From positions 1 through 64,000 of the IMG/VR virus record IMGVR_UViG_3300045976_000096: DNA of 64,000 nucleotides. One strand, 5' to 3'. Below the pieces are notes generated by a model that was given only the letters and a program-made list of their open reading frames with translations, was not told where the DNA came from and did no database searches. Below are positions 42,073-51,884 of the stretch, in pieces (the stretch's first letter is position 1; the number at the start of each line of letters is the position of its first letter). The position numbers and the translations under genes were made by a program. The DNA is from a virus.

Positions 42073-42675
42073 ATGAGCATTATCAAAATCGTAGGACAAG
42101 ACCCGAGTATGCGGAATTTCGGCGTCGTCCATGCCGACCTGGACGTGGACACGCTGAAATTCACCATCACCAGCATGCGCGTGATTCGCACCGAAGCCGA
42201 GAAGGACAAGGCGGTGCGCAAGGTTGTGCGCAAGAACAGCGAAGACTTGGAGCGCGCGCGCCTGCTGCATGCCGGTGCCATCGAGTCCATCGAGAACGTG
42301 ACGATGGCCTTCATCGAGGTGCCGGTCGGCAGCCAGGATGCGCGCGCAATGGCAAGCTACGGGATGTGCCTGGGCGTGATCGCGGCGGTGGCCAACACCA
42401 TCCCGATCATTCAGGTCACGCCCGGCGAGGTCAAGCTGGCCGGCTTCGGCTCCAAGGATGCGACCAAGGCCGAAATGATCGAGGCGATGATGAAGAAACA
42501 CCCGGAAGCGCCCTGGCCCATGCGCAAGCTCAAGGGAGAAATGGTGCCGAACGCCGCCGAGTGCGAACACCTCGCCGACGCCTGCGCGGCGATCGAGGCG
42601 GGCCTGCAGACCGATGAATTCCGCCAGGCGATCAGCGTGTTCAAGCGGATGGTCAAGACGGGCGCCATCGCCTGA
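42073..42675 (+). CDS. ruvC: RuvC-like Holliday junction resolvase
   Basis: GQDPSMRNFG, FIEVP, TPGEVK, ATKAEM, HLADA. Confidence 0.85.
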   Translation: MSIIKIVGQDPSMRNFGVVHADLDVDTLKFTITSMRVIRTEAEKDKAVRKVVRKNSEDLERARLLHAGAIESIENVTMAFIEVPVGSQDARAMASYGMCLGVIAAVANTIPIIQVTPGEVKLAGFGSKDATKAEMIEAMMKKHPEAPWPMRKLKGEMVPNAAECEHLADACAAIEAGLQTDEFRQAISVFKRMVKTGAIA

Positions 42676-42684
42676 TTTGCCGCG

Positions 42685-42717
42685 TCCGCAGAGATAAGTC
42701 ACAAGTGATCTATAATG
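42685..42717 (+). repeat. 33-bp direct repeat, copy 1 (palindrome + TATAAT)
   Basis: TCCGCAGAGATAAGTCACAAGTGATCTATAATG, identical to 46745-46777. Confidence 0.95.
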
Positions 42718-42744
42718 GGTTTGTGACTTATCTCGGAGAGAAAC

Positions 42745-43329
42745 GTGGCAATCAGTAAATTCGGAGACCTGTTCTCCTCGGTGTGGTCGACCAGCAAGCC
42801 TGGTGACATGAAGAATGGCGCTGGCGCACCCCACATCAACGACGCGCTGGGCGGCGCCAGCGGCAAGCCCGCCGCCCCGGCGCCGAGAATCACCAGCAGC
42901 CTCGACGACCCGCTGTATGACCCGTATGGCAACATCATCGGTGGCCACCGCCGCCATGCCGCGCGCGAGGAATTGAAGCGCTCCCTGACCGCCGGCGGTG
43001 GCGAAGGCGTCACCGTTAGCGAATCTAGCGTGCGTTTCAAGGGCGGCGAAATCACCGCGGCAGGCAACATGCGCATCGGCCCATCCGAGGAAGAACTCAA
43101 CAAGCGCTTCGCGGAATTCGTTGAAAAGTACAAGAAGGACAGCGAAGCGGCCAGGGCCGCCAGGGAGGAAATCGCAGCCGACATGGACAAGCTGCCGCCC
43201 GCCCGGTCTTCCCTGAACCTGGACGCGCTGCGCGCCAGCCTGGCTGCCAAAGAACACGACCTCAAGAAAAAGGCCGAGGAGTCCAAGGTCAACCGCGACC
43301 GCCCGCAGAACGTGGACGATTCCTGGTAA
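42745..43329 (+). CDS. Hypothetical protein; ends DDSW
   Basis: GGAGAG RBS, GTG start. Confidence 0.65.
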   Translation: MAISKFGDLFSSVWSTSKPGDMKNGAGAPHINDALGGASGKPAAPAPRITSSLDDPLYDPYGNIIGGHRRHAAREELKRSLTAGGGEGVTVSESSVRFKGGEITAAGNMRIGPSEEELNKRFAEFVEKYKKDSEAARAAREEIAADMDKLPPARSSLNLDALRASLAAKEHDLKKKAEESKVNRDRPQNVDDSW

Positions 43330-43348
43330 TTTCACCGAACCCGTAGTA

Positions 43349-43372
43349 AGTCATCGCTGACATAGCTATAAT
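43349..43372 (+). promoter_or_regulatory. Palindrome + -10 (nrdA)
   Basis: AGTCAtcgcTGACA-tagc-TATAAT. Confidence 0.75.
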
Positions 43373-43408
43373 CCTCACCCCACCACCCCACCCACGAAGG
43401 AAGTAATA

Positions 43409-45685
43409 ATGCAAGTAATCAAGCGCGACGGTTCGCGTGAGCCGCGTGACGTATCGAAGATCCACAAGCAGACCGGCTGGGCCTGTGAAGGCCTGAACGT
43501 GTCGCAGTCCGAGCTGGAGCTTGCGGCCGAACTGCAGCTGTTCGATGGCATCAAGACCAGCCAGATCCACGACGCCTTGATCAATGGCGCGGCCAGCCTG
43601 ATTTCGCTCGAGTGCCAGGACGCGACCTTCGCGGCGGCCCGCCTCGTGCTGCTCAAGGTCTACAAGGAAGCCTGGAACGACATCGCCTACCCGCACCTGA
43701 AAACCTACATCGAGGCCGGCATCGGCGCCGAGAAGCTGCACCCGTCGCTGGGTCGCCTGTTCGACCTCGACAAGCTGAACGCGGCCATCGTCCCGACCCG
43801 CGATCGCCAGTTCAACTTCATCGGCATCCAGACCCTCGCCGACCGCTACCTGATCCGCAACAAGGCGCGCCGCGTGATCGAACTGCCGCAGCACATGTGG
43901 ATGCGCGTGGCGATGGGCCTGGCGCTGCGCGAAACCGAACCGACGGATCGCGCCATCGAGTTCTACAACGTGCTGTCCACGTTCGACTTCATGTCGTCGA
44001 CGCCGACCCTGTTCAACGCCGGCACGCTGCACAGCCAGCTGGCCAGCTGCTTCCTGAACACGGTGAAGGACCAGATTTCGGCCGGCGAGGACGACCCCAA
44101 ATACGCCTCGATCTACGGCACCATCGAGGAGTGCGCCAACCTGTCCAAGTACGCCGGCGGCATCGGCACCGACTGGACCCCGGTGCGCGCCGAGGGCGAC
44201 TGGATTCGCGGCACCGACGGCATTTCGTCGGGCGTGGTGCCTTACCTGAAGGTCTACAACGACACCGCCGTGGCCGTGAACCAGGGCGGCAAGCGCCAGG
44301 GTTCGTTCGCGCCCTACCTGGAGCTGTGGCACCCGGACGCGTACGACTTCATGGACCTCAAGAAGGAATCGGGCGACGAGCGCCGCCGCGCGCACGACGT
44401 CTATCCGGCGTGGTGGGCGTCGGACCTGTTCTTCAAGCGTGTGGAAGCGCGCGGCACCTGGAGCTTCTTCTCGCCCAAGGACCACCCGGAACTGCACGAA
44501 CTGTTCGGCGACGCCTTCGAGGCGCGCTACGAGCAGCTGGAAGCCGAGGGCAAGTTCGTGCGTCAGGTGCCGGCCATCGACATGTGGAAACGCATGCTGG
44601 CCTCGCTGTTCGAGACCGGTCACCCGTGGATCACGTTCAAGGACGAAATCAACCGCCGCAGCCCGCAGCAGCACGTCGGCGTGGTGCACTCGTCCAACCT
44701 CTGCACCGAAATCACGCTGAACACGTCCGACGACGAAACCGCCGTCTGCAACATCGGCAGCGTCAACGCGGCGAACCACATCTACAAGGGCAAGCTGGAC
44801 GTCGAGCGCCTGCGTCAGACCGTCACCACCGCGATGCGCATGCTGGACAACGTGATCGACATCAACTTCTATCCGTCGCCGCGCGCCAAGAAGTCGAACC
44901 TGCGCCACCGCCCGGTCGGCCTGGGCATCATGGGCTACACCGAATACCTCGTCCAGCAGGGCATCGATTGGGAAAGCCAGGCGCACCTGGACGCGGCCGA
45001 CGAACTGATGGAGTACTTCTCGTACTTCGCCATCGAGGCGTCGATGAACCTGGCACGCGAGCGCGGCGCCTACTCTACCTTCCCTGGCTCGCTGTGGTCG
45101 CAAGGCATCCTGCCGATGGATACCGGCGCCAAGGGTGTGCGCGCCGAACTGGTGACGCGCGCCACGGTCCTGCCGTGGGATGCGCTGCGCCAGAAGGTCG
45201 TCACCTACGGCATGCGCAACAGCAACACCATGGCGATCGCCCCGACCGCGACCATCAGCAACATCGTCGGCACCACCCCGACCATCGAGCCGATCTTCCA
45301 GCGCGAGTACACGAAAAAGAACCAGTCCGGCTCGTTCCTGGTGACGGACCCGTGCCTGCGCTACGGCCGCCCGGACCTGTGCAAGGAGGCGTTTGAAATC
45401 GACGCCGACTGGATGATCGACGCCGGTGCCGTGCGCCAGTTCTGGCTCGACCAGGCCCAGTCGCTCAACATCTTCGTGCCGTTCGGCATCAAGGGTGCGC
45501 GCCTGTCGCAGATTTACGTACGCGCGTGGAAGCGCAAGCTGAAAACCACCTACTACCTGCGCGGCCAGAGCGCAAAGAAGGAAGAAGCGCCGGTGATCAA
45601 GGAAGCGCCGGTGGTGGTGGCCGAGGAAGACATGACCAACAAACTTTGCTCTCTTGATAATCCTGAGTGCGAATCTTGCCAATGA
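43409..45685 (+). CDS. nrdA: Ribonucleotide reductase class Ia alpha subunit
   Basis: ATP cone VIKRDG, STPTLFNAG, SNLCTE, APTATIS, KTTYY, C-terminal CESC. Confidence 0.96.
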   Translation: MQVIKRDGSREPRDVSKIHKQTGWACEGLNVSQSELELAAELQLFDGIKTSQIHDALINGAASLISLECQDATFAAARLVLLKVYKEAWNDIAYPHLKTYIEAGIGAEKLHPSLGRLFDLDKLNAAIVPTRDRQFNFIGIQTLADRYLIRNKARRVIELPQHMWMRVAMGLALRETEPTDRAIEFYNVLSTFDFMSSTPTLFNAGTLHSQLASCFLNTVKDQISAGEDDPKYASIYGTIEECANLSKYAGGIGTDWTPVRAEGDWIRGTDGISSGVVPYLKVYNDTAVAVNQGGKRQGSFAPYLELWHPDAYDFMDLKKESGDERRRAHDVYPAWWASDLFFKRVEARGTWSFFSPKDHPELHELFGDAFEARYEQLEAEGKFVRQVPAIDMWKRMLASLFETGHPWITFKDEINRRSPQQHVGVVHSSNLCTEITLNTSDDETAVCNIGSVNAANHIYKGKLDVERLRQTVTTAMRMLDNVIDINFYPSPRAKKSNLRHRPVGLGIMGYTEYLVQQGIDWESQAHLDAADELMEYFSYFAIEASMNLARERGAYSTFPGSLWSQGILPMDTGAKGVRAELVTRATVLPWDALRQKVVTYGMRNSNTMAIAPTATISNIVGTTPTIEPIFQREYTKKNQSGSFLVTDPCLRYGRPDLCKEAFEIDADWMIDAGAVRQFWLDQAQSLNIFVPFGIKGARLSQIYVRAWKRKLKTTYYLRGQSAKKEEAPVIKEAPVVVAEEDMTNKLCSLDNPECESCQ

Positions 45686-45695
45686 TGCAATAACT

Positions 45696-45717
45696 AACGG
45701 GCCGAAAGGCCCGTTTT
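45696..45717 (+). terminator. GAAA-tetraloop hairpin between nrdA and nrdB (terminator/attenuator-like)
   Basis: AACGGGCC-GAAA-GGCCCGTT-TT. Confidence 0.6.
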
Positions 45718-45733
45718 CAACACGAGACCGAAA

Positions 45734-46744
45734 ATGAACGAAACCCTTATCCAGAAGATCAACAACCGCCGCCTCATCGAAGGTCCACAGGATCGCGCGA
45801 TGTGCATTTCGCCGCTCAAGCATCCGTGGGCAATGGAGGCGTTCAAGCGCTTTCGTCGCAACGATTGGTATCCAGAATCCATCGCGATGGGCGACGACGT
45901 CGCCTGCTACCGCAACCGCCTGGACGATGGCGAGCGCCGCATGTACGACAAGGCGCTGGCGTTCGTGTCGAACCTGGACGGCTTCCAGTTTGAGAACCTG
46001 ACCACCAATATCGGCGCCCACATCACCAGCCCGGAAGTGTCGATGGCGATTTCGCGCCAGGCTTACGAGGAAGCCAACCACGTCACCGCCTACCAGCTGA
46101 TGACCGAGGCGATTTCCGCGCGCCCGCTCGACATCTACGGCATGTACGAGAGCGACCCGATCCTGGCCGCCAAGAACAAGCTGATTCTGGACCAGAACGA
46201 CGAGCTGCGCGGCGGTTTCACGCCGGAGAAGTTCGCGCTGGCCATCGTCGGCAACGTCAACCTGGAAGGCATCTATTTCTACAGCGGCTTCTTCGGCTTC
46301 TATCTGCTGGCGCGCGCCGGCAAGATGCTCAAGAGCGCCGACCAGATCAAGTACATCAACCGCGACGAGGAAGCGCACCTTGGCTTCTTCATCGACATGT
46401 ACCACTGCCTGAAAGCCGAGCGCCCGGAAATCTTCACGCCGGCATTCTACGAGAAAGCGAAGAACATGATGCGCGCGGCGGTCGAACTGGAGAAAGCATG
46501 GGGTAAGCACATCATCAGCGGGGGCGTCCTGGGCGCGACCGACACCATCGTTGACCAGCGCATCGAGTGGCTCGCAAATACCCGCGCCGCGCGCCTGGGC
46601 TGGGAACCGCTGTATCCGGGCGTCGTCAACCCGACGCCGTGGGTCGAGAAGATTTCCGCCATCAACGGGGTGGAGACCAACTTCTTCGAGGGCAAGCCGA
46701 CCGACTACCAGGCGGGCGGAGCACTTGATTTCGACGACCTCTGA
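45734..46744 (+). CDS. nrdB: Ribonucleotide reductase beta subunit
   Basis: EEANH...Y, LEGIYFYSGF, RDEEAH, NFFE. Confidence 0.95.
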   Translation: MNETLIQKINNRRLIEGPQDRAMCISPLKHPWAMEAFKRFRRNDWYPESIAMGDDVACYRNRLDDGERRMYDKALAFVSNLDGFQFENLTTNIGAHITSPEVSMAISRQAYEEANHVTAYQLMTEAISARPLDIYGMYESDPILAAKNKLILDQNDELRGGFTPEKFALAIVGNVNLEGIYFYSGFFGFYLLARAGKMLKSADQIKYINRDEEAHLGFFIDMYHCLKAERPEIFTPAFYEKAKNMMRAAVELEKAWGKHIISGGVLGATDTIVDQRIEWLANTRAARLGWEPLYPGVVNPTPWVEKISAINGVETNFFEGKPTDYQAGGALDFDDL

Positions 46745-46777
46745 TCCGCAGAGATAAGTCACAAGTGATCTATAATG
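46745..46777 (+). repeat. 33-bp direct repeat, copy 2
   Basis: Identical to 42685-42717. Confidence 0.95.
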
Positions 46778-46823
46778 TATAAGTCAGCAGGGCGCACCGC
46801 CCTGCAGTTACAGGAGCAGCAAA

Positions 46824-47126
46824 GTGGGTGAAGTCGTCAACATGTTCAAGGAGCGCGCCAAGCCGGCCGCACAACCAGCAGCGCAGGAGACGCCCAGGCG
46901 CCAGCCTGGCCCGACCCTGATCGCCAACGCCAGCATGCTGGGCGCCGCCGGCGGCGAAGGGCTGGAGCACCTGCGTCAGATGGAGGAACAGGGCGCGGCG
47001 GCACTGGTTTTGTCCGCTTTGCTGTTCTACGCCCATCAGGGCCAGGATCAGGGTCAGCGCGCGCGCCGCGCCGTGCTCGCGATGCAGGAAGTGATCAAGG
47101 GCGAGGTCAACCCACCCGAGGCATGA
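46824..47126 (+). CDS. Hypothetical protein
   Basis: AGGAG RBS, GTG start. Confidence 0.6.
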   Translation: MGEVVNMFKERAKPAAQPAAQETPRRQPGPTLIANASMLGAAGGEGLEHLRQMEEQGAAALVLSALLFYAHQGQDQGQRARRAVLAMQEVIKGEVNPPEA

Positions 47127-47159
47127 CCTGTTTTATTAACTATACTGAAAGAGGGAAAC

Positions 47160-47585
47160 ATGAAGAAATCCTTGATGGCGGTCTCCGCGATGGTGTTGCT
47201 GGGCGTGGTGGCCTGCGGCGAGAAGAAGCCGGAGGTCAAGTTCGACACGCTGGAGGATGCGCGCGCCCAGGCCCGCGCCAACGCGCTGTGGAACGCCAAG
47301 ATGTACGTGGCTGAAAACCCGCGCTTCGACAATCACTCCGTTGTCTCGCATGGCGATTCGACCCAATCGCCGGATTGCCCGCAGGGTGACGGCTGGGCCA
47401 CCGTGTCGATCATGAAGGTCGACGGCAAGGTGATCGAGAAGTACGTTGCCAAGTGCTCGACCGTCTCCGGCACCGTGGGCTGCTATCTGGAGCAGGACTT
47501 CAAGAAGAAGCCCTACGCGAACGAGGAAGGCCAGTGCCAGCCGACCAGCAAAGTGCCATTTCCGATTCCCAAAATCGCAAAATGA
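47160..47585 (+). CDS. Lipoprotein
   Basis: MKK-hydrophobic-VVAC lipobox; four further Cys. Confidence 0.75.
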   Translation: MKKSLMAVSAMVLLGVVACGEKKPEVKFDTLEDARAQARANALWNAKMYVAENPRFDNHSVVSHGDSTQSPDCPQGDGWATVSIMKVDGKVIEKYVAKCSTVSGTVGCYLEQDFKKKPYANEEGQCQPTSKVPFPIPKIAK

Positions 47586-47686
47586 TCGCCTTCACCTTCA
47601 CCCAAGCCGCCGTGATCGCGGCGCTCCTGTACGCGGGAGCATTCACCCACGGCGCCTACAAAACCTACCGGAAATTCCGCAAGTGA
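47582..47686 (+). CDS. Small membrane peptide (34 aa)
   Basis: ATGA and GTGA overlaps on either side; one TM segment plus basic tail. Confidence 0.55.
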   Translation: MIAFTFTQAAVIAALLYAGAFTHGAYKTYRKFRK

Positions 47687-48531
47687 CCATCGAAGCCAAA
47701 ATCGTCGAGCACAGCATTGCCGACCACGGCAAGAAGCTCGCCACGTTTCAACTGCGTTACCCGCGCTTCATCCACGCAGAACTGATGACCCATCGCGTGT
47801 TCAGCCGCAACGCCAGCAGCAGCCGCGCCATCCCGGTCGCCAAGCTGATCGCGGAAGTGCGCACCGCGCCGGCCATGCCGATCCACTGGGGCAAGAACCA
47901 ACCCGGCATGCAGGCTCGCGAAGAACTGACCGGCGATGAACTCAAGCTGGCGCAGTACCACTGGCGCCAGGCGGCGATCAACGCCGCAAATACGGCCGAA
48001 CATATGGCGAATGCTGGTGTGCACAAGCAAGTTGTCAATCGCATCCTGGAGCCGTTCCTGCATATCAGCGTAATCGTGACGGCGACCGAGTTCGCAAACT
48101 GGAACGAACTGCGCGCGCACCCGGACGCCCAGCCGGAGATTCACCAGCTGGCGCTCGTCATGCAGGAGGCGGAAGCGGCGTCGACGCCGGTCTACCGTCC
48201 GCGCAACCGCCTGCACGAAAGCGCCTGGCACCTGCCCTACGTGACCGAGCGCGAGCGCCAGGCCTACCACGACCAGCCGTTGTTCCTGGCCAAGCTGTCG
48301 GCGGCCCGGTGCGCCCGCGTGTCCTACCTCAACCACGACGGCAGCGCGCCGATCATCGAGAAGGACATCGCCCTGTACGAAGCGCTGGTCGGCGGCCGCC
48401 CGCTGCACGCCAGCCCGGTCGAACACCAAGGCTACCCGCTGCCGCTGGCGACGCAATCGTCGAAGAACTTCTTCGGCTGGCGCCAGCACCGCGAACTGGT
48501 CGAGCACGAGATTTATCACACCCACAACTAA
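47683..48531 (+). CDS. thyX: Flavin-dependent thymidylate synthase
   Basis: HAELMTHRVFSRNASSSRA; HPDAQPEI; HASPVEH. Confidence 0.85.
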   Translation: MTIEAKIVEHSIADHGKKLATFQLRYPRFIHAELMTHRVFSRNASSSRAIPVAKLIAEVRTAPAMPIHWGKNQPGMQAREELTGDELKLAQYHWRQAAINAANTAEHMANAGVHKQVVNRILEPFLHISVIVTATEFANWNELRAHPDAQPEIHQLALVMQEAEAASTPVYRPRNRLHESAWHLPYVTERERQAYHDQPLFLAKLSAARCARVSYLNHDGSAPIIEKDIALYEALVGGRPLHASPVEHQGYPLPLATQSSKNFFGWRQHRELVEHEIYHTHN

Positions 48532-48543
48532 GGAGAAGCACAG

Positions 48544-48801
48544 ATGTTCACTTTTGGCAAGAAAACCACCGCAACCGTCCTGGCGTCGTTCAACCAAACC
48601 CTGGCCGACCTGCAGCAGGTGGAGCAGGAGCACGCGATCGAAGCGGAAGCCAAGCGTGTCGAGGCTGACCAGGCGCTCGCCGCCTCGCTGGCCGCCGCCG
48701 AAGAAGCGAAGGCCGCACGTACCGTCGCCGGCCGCATCCAGGCCCTGCTGAACACCGAAGGCATCGCTGACGGCATCGGCGGCGCTGCTCCTGCCCTGTA
48801 A
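48544..48801 (+). CDS. Hypothetical coiled-coil protein
   Basis: AAGGAG RBS. Confidence 0.65.
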   Translation: MFTFGKKTTATVLASFNQTLADLQQVEQEHAIEAEAKRVEADQALAASLAAAEEAKAARTVAGRIQALLNTEGIADGIGGAAPAL

Positions 48802-48858
48802 GACAAACACCGACCGCGGCGCCGGGCGCCGCACCCACCACAATAACGAAAGCATCAC

Positions 48859-49512
48859 ATGGACTCGAACACCTATATCGCCAACGCCCTGCGCACCGAG
48901 AGCGTGCCGACGCAGCTGGACATCAATGAAGTGGCGCTGCACGCCATTCTCGAGCTGGCGATCGCCGCCGGCATCCTGGTCGACCAGGCCAAGCGCCGTC
49001 TGTACTACAACAGCGCCGCCAAGACCGTCCTGCTGGACAAGGACAAGATGCTGGGCGCGCTGGCCACGCTGCACGGCCTGTCAGGCTTCCTGGGTCACGC
49101 GCTGCAAAACGACGAGATGGACTTCGACACGCGCCTGGAGCCGCAAGCGCTGACCGCCATGACCGAGGGCATGAAGGAGGGCGGCAACTTCCAGCTGGCC
49201 AACCTGGACGTGCGCCTGACCCACGCGGCGCTCGGCTGCTTTACCGAATCGGGCGAACTGCTGGAAGCGATCAAGGCCCAGTACGAGACCGGCATCATCG
49301 ACCGCGTCAACTTCGGCGAGGAAATCGGCGGTGACATCTCCTGGTATCAAGCCATCGGCATCGACGCGGCCGGTCTTGACCTCGACGACCAGCGTGCCAA
49401 AAACATCGAGAAACTGCGCATCCGGTTCCCGGACAAGTTCAGCTCCGAGAACGCCATCACGCGCGACTTGACTGCGGAACGCGCAGCACTGGAAGGCAAA
49501 GCAAGCACTTAA
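48859..49512 (+). CDS. MazG-like NTP pyrophosphohydrolase
   Basis: ESGELLE...EEIGGDISWY...NIEKLRIRFP; a degenerate first copy of the domain is N-terminal. Confidence 0.8.
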   Translation: MDSNTYIANALRTESVPTQLDINEVALHAILELAIAAGILVDQAKRRLYYNSAAKTVLLDKDKMLGALATLHGLSGFLGHALQNDEMDFDTRLEPQALTAMTEGMKEGGNFQLANLDVRLTHAALGCFTESGELLEAIKAQYETGIIDRVNFGEEIGGDISWYQAIGIDAAGLDLDDQRAKNIEKLRIRFPDKFSSENAITRDLTAERAALEGKAST

Positions 49513-49530
49513 CATTGAAGAAAGATAATT

Positions 49531-49830
49531 ATGGCAAAGAAGAAATTCCCAATCACGATGTTCCAGGTCACGCCCAGCATGAACATCAAGGAAGTCGTCC
49601 TGACCGGCAAGGCTATGCGCTCCGGCTGGGGTGGCACCTACGAAATGACCGGCTATGCGAAGGATGAAAAGGGACGCGAACATTATGTCGCCTCCCTGTT
49701 CGACAGCCGTGCCGCCGCGCTGGAAGCTGCCGAGCGTGCAGTCGTCGATCAGGAAGCGCGCCACAAGAAGGCGGGCGAGAACATCGCCAAGCGGCGCGCC
49801 AACCTGGAAAAGGCGAAAGGAGCCGCATAG
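49531..49830 (+). CDS. Hypothetical protein
   Basis: ORF with C-terminal coiled coil. Confidence 0.6.
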   Translation: MAKKKFPITMFQVTPSMNIKEVVLTGKAMRSGWGGTYEMTGYAKDEKGREHYVASLFDSRAAALEAAERAVVDQEARHKKAGENIAKRRANLEKAKGAA

Positions 49831-49831
49831 C

Positions 49832-50467
49832 ATGATTGGCATTGTCGGCCCGCATCGATGTGGGAAATCAACACTGGCAAGGGCGTACGCGGACAAGAAC
49901 GGCGCGACCTTCGTCGAGACTTCGGTCTCGGCGATGTTCAAGGATATGGGCTACAGCCCGTCCGGCACCTTCGACTTCGCGACGCGCCTGACCATCCAGG
50001 AGGAGATCCTCAAACGCATCGACGTGGTCTACGCCGGCGTCAAGCCGGGCAGCTTTGCGATTACCGATCGCACGCCGCTGGACCTTCTTGGCTACACGAT
50101 GGCCGAGGCGGCGGGCGACGCGGTGCCGGCCGCCCTGCAGGACCGCTTCGAGCAGTACGTCACCGACTGCTTCGATGTCCTGAACAAGCGCTTCTCGATG
50201 GTGGTCCTGGTCCAGCCCGGCATCCCGCTGGTCGAAGCCGAGGGCAAGGCGGCGCTGAACCGCGCCTACATCGAGCACCTGTCGGCGATCATGTTCGGCC
50301 TGATGATGGGTGAACGTACGAAGTGCGCGCGCTTCTACATCCGGCGCCTGATGCTGGACCTGGACGAGCGCGTCGCGGCGCTGGAGTCGGCCGCGATGAC
50401 GACCGAGCATCAGGTGCACCAGGAAATCAAGACCTACATCAACGCCACCGGCGGGCGGCTGCAGTAG
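49832..50467 (+). CDS. P-loop kinase (NadR/AAA_28-like; possible dNMP kinase)
   Basis: GPHRCGKST, TDRTPLD. Confidence 0.7.
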   Translation: MIGIVGPHRCGKSTLARAYADKNGATFVETSVSAMFKDMGYSPSGTFDFATRLTIQEEILKRIDVVYAGVKPGSFAITDRTPLDLLGYTMAEAAGDAVPAALQDRFEQYVTDCFDVLNKRFSMVVLVQPGIPLVEAEGKAALNRAYIEHLSAIMFGLMMGERTKCARFYIRRLMLDLDERVAALESAAMTTEHQVHQEIKTYINATGGRLQ

Positions 50468-50485
50468 AGGCATGACGTCAGGCTA

Positions 50486-50549
50486 AGTCACCCATGACTT
50501 GTAAGTCCTGACGTTCTTATTCATACTGTGTATGTCGCGATGTGCGACA
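50486..50549 (+). promoter_or_regulatory. Palindrome + CCTGA-N10 promoter + leader hairpin
   Basis: AGTCAcccaTGACT-7-CCTGA-10-CATACT-5-TGTCGCgatgtGCGACA. Confidence 0.8.
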
Positions 50550-50569
50550 GACATTTAGAGAGACGCTCG

Positions 50570-51349
50570 ATGAGCCAAATGAAAACCCAAATCCTGACCG
50601 TCACCAAAGAGCTGGCGGATAAAATGCTCGAGTCCAACACCACGAACCGCGAAGTACGCCCGGCCAACGTGGAGAAGTACGTCAAGATCCTCAAGGCGGG
50701 CGAGTGGAAGCTGACCCATCAGGGAATCGCCTTCGACACCGACGGCAAGCTGGTCGACGGCCAGCACCGCTTGATGGCAATCTCGCAGACCGGCATCGAG
50801 GCGACGATGATGGTCACGCACGGCGTCGACCCGGAGACCTTCATGGTGCTCGATCAGGGCGCGCGCCGTAACGCCGCCGACATTCTGCACCTGAACCCGC
50901 GTGTCGCCGAAGTGATCAACCTGGCGGCGCGCGTGCTGACGCATGAGCAGTCGCCTTCGCCCGCGAGCCTCAAGAAGATGGAAGCGGCGATTCGTCCGAT
51001 CGTCGAGCGATTGATGGCGAAATGCAACCTGAACGCCATCTTCTTCTCGTCGGCGGCCATGAAGCTGGGCGCCGTTTCGCGCGTCCTGCTGGGCGAGGAC
51101 GAGGATTACGTCTTCAACCTGTACGCACAGCTGTGCCGCAGCGAGGTGGACCAGCTGCCGCCGGTGGCCGCCGCGTTGGTCAAGGCGCATCTGCAGGGCC
51201 GCACCAGCGCCGTCAACAAGAATCAGACGATGGCCCAGGCGCTCTACGTGTTCACCCGCAGCAACGCCAATTTCAAACAGCTGCGCATCGACACGGCCGG
51301 CGCCGGCGATGTGATCCGCTTTGCGATCGCTACCGTGTACGGCCGCTAA
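50570..51349 (+). CDS. ParB/Srx-like N-terminal domain protein
   Basis: NR...GEW...QGIAFD..GKLVDGQHRL. Confidence 0.75.
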   Translation: MSQMKTQILTVTKELADKMLESNTTNREVRPANVEKYVKILKAGEWKLTHQGIAFDTDGKLVDGQHRLMAISQTGIEATMMVTHGVDPETFMVLDQGARRNAADILHLNPRVAEVINLAARVLTHEQSPSPASLKKMEAAIRPIVERLMAKCNLNAIFFSSAAMKLGAVSRVLLGEDEDYVFNLYAQLCRSEVDQLPPVAAALVKAHLQGRTSAVNKNQTMAQALYVFTRSNANFKQLRIDTAGAGDVIRFAIATVYGR

Positions 51350-51366
51350 TGTTGCCTGGAGCGATC

Positions 51367-51408
51367 AGTCAGTTATGACTTGTCGCTCCTGATTCGCACC
51401 TGTAAGAT
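51367..51408 (+). promoter_or_regulatory. Palindrome + CCTGA-N10 promoter
   Basis: AGTCAgttaTGACT-7-CCTGA-10-TAAGAT. Confidence 0.8.
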
Positions 51409-51449
51409 GGTGCTTGTTACAACTACGCGCATGTGCGCAGGGATGATCA

Positions 51450-51872
51450 ATGAGCGCCGTACCCGATCTTCGCGAGGAACTCGACCGTAAGTCGATGGAG
51501 ACCATCGAATTCCTGTACACCGGACTGGACAATGGCAAGCTGACGCTGCCCCAGTTCTCGACCGGCCTGGACACCCTGTTCATGGCGGTTGCCGGTCTTG
51601 TCGACAAGGAAATTGTCGACTTCGTCAGCAACGGCAGCCTGATCGTTGCCAACGCCCCGGACCAGTTCTGCGCCAAGCGCGCGTTCCTGAACCCGGTCCA
51701 GACCGTCGCGCTGTGCCGCAAGCTGGGCGGCGACACCTTTACCGTGGACGTCTATCAGGGCGGCCACCTCGTCAAGCAGGAGCGCAAGGAATACCTGCTG
51801 GCCAAGCAGGCGACTGACGCCATGAACACCCTTGCCGGCCGATTGCTGGCGGCGGGCTATATCGAAATTTAA
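51450..51872 (+). CDS. Hypothetical protein
   Basis: Follows a promoter and leader hairpin. Confidence 0.65.
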   Translation: MSAVPDLREELDRKSMETIEFLYTGLDNGKLTLPQFSTGLDTLFMAVAGLVDKEIVDFVSNGSLIVANAPDQFCAKRAFLNPVQTVALCRKLGGDTFTVDVYQGGHLVKQERKEYLLAKQATDAMNTLAGRLLAAGYIEI

Positions 51873-51884
51873 TCAGGAGGAAAT

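Noticed and set aside
50570-51349. ParB-like gene as a plasmid partition system with the palindromes as parS
   Set aside because: No ParA nearby, and the palindromes sit at fixed positions relative to promoters, which fits operators better; not fully excluded.
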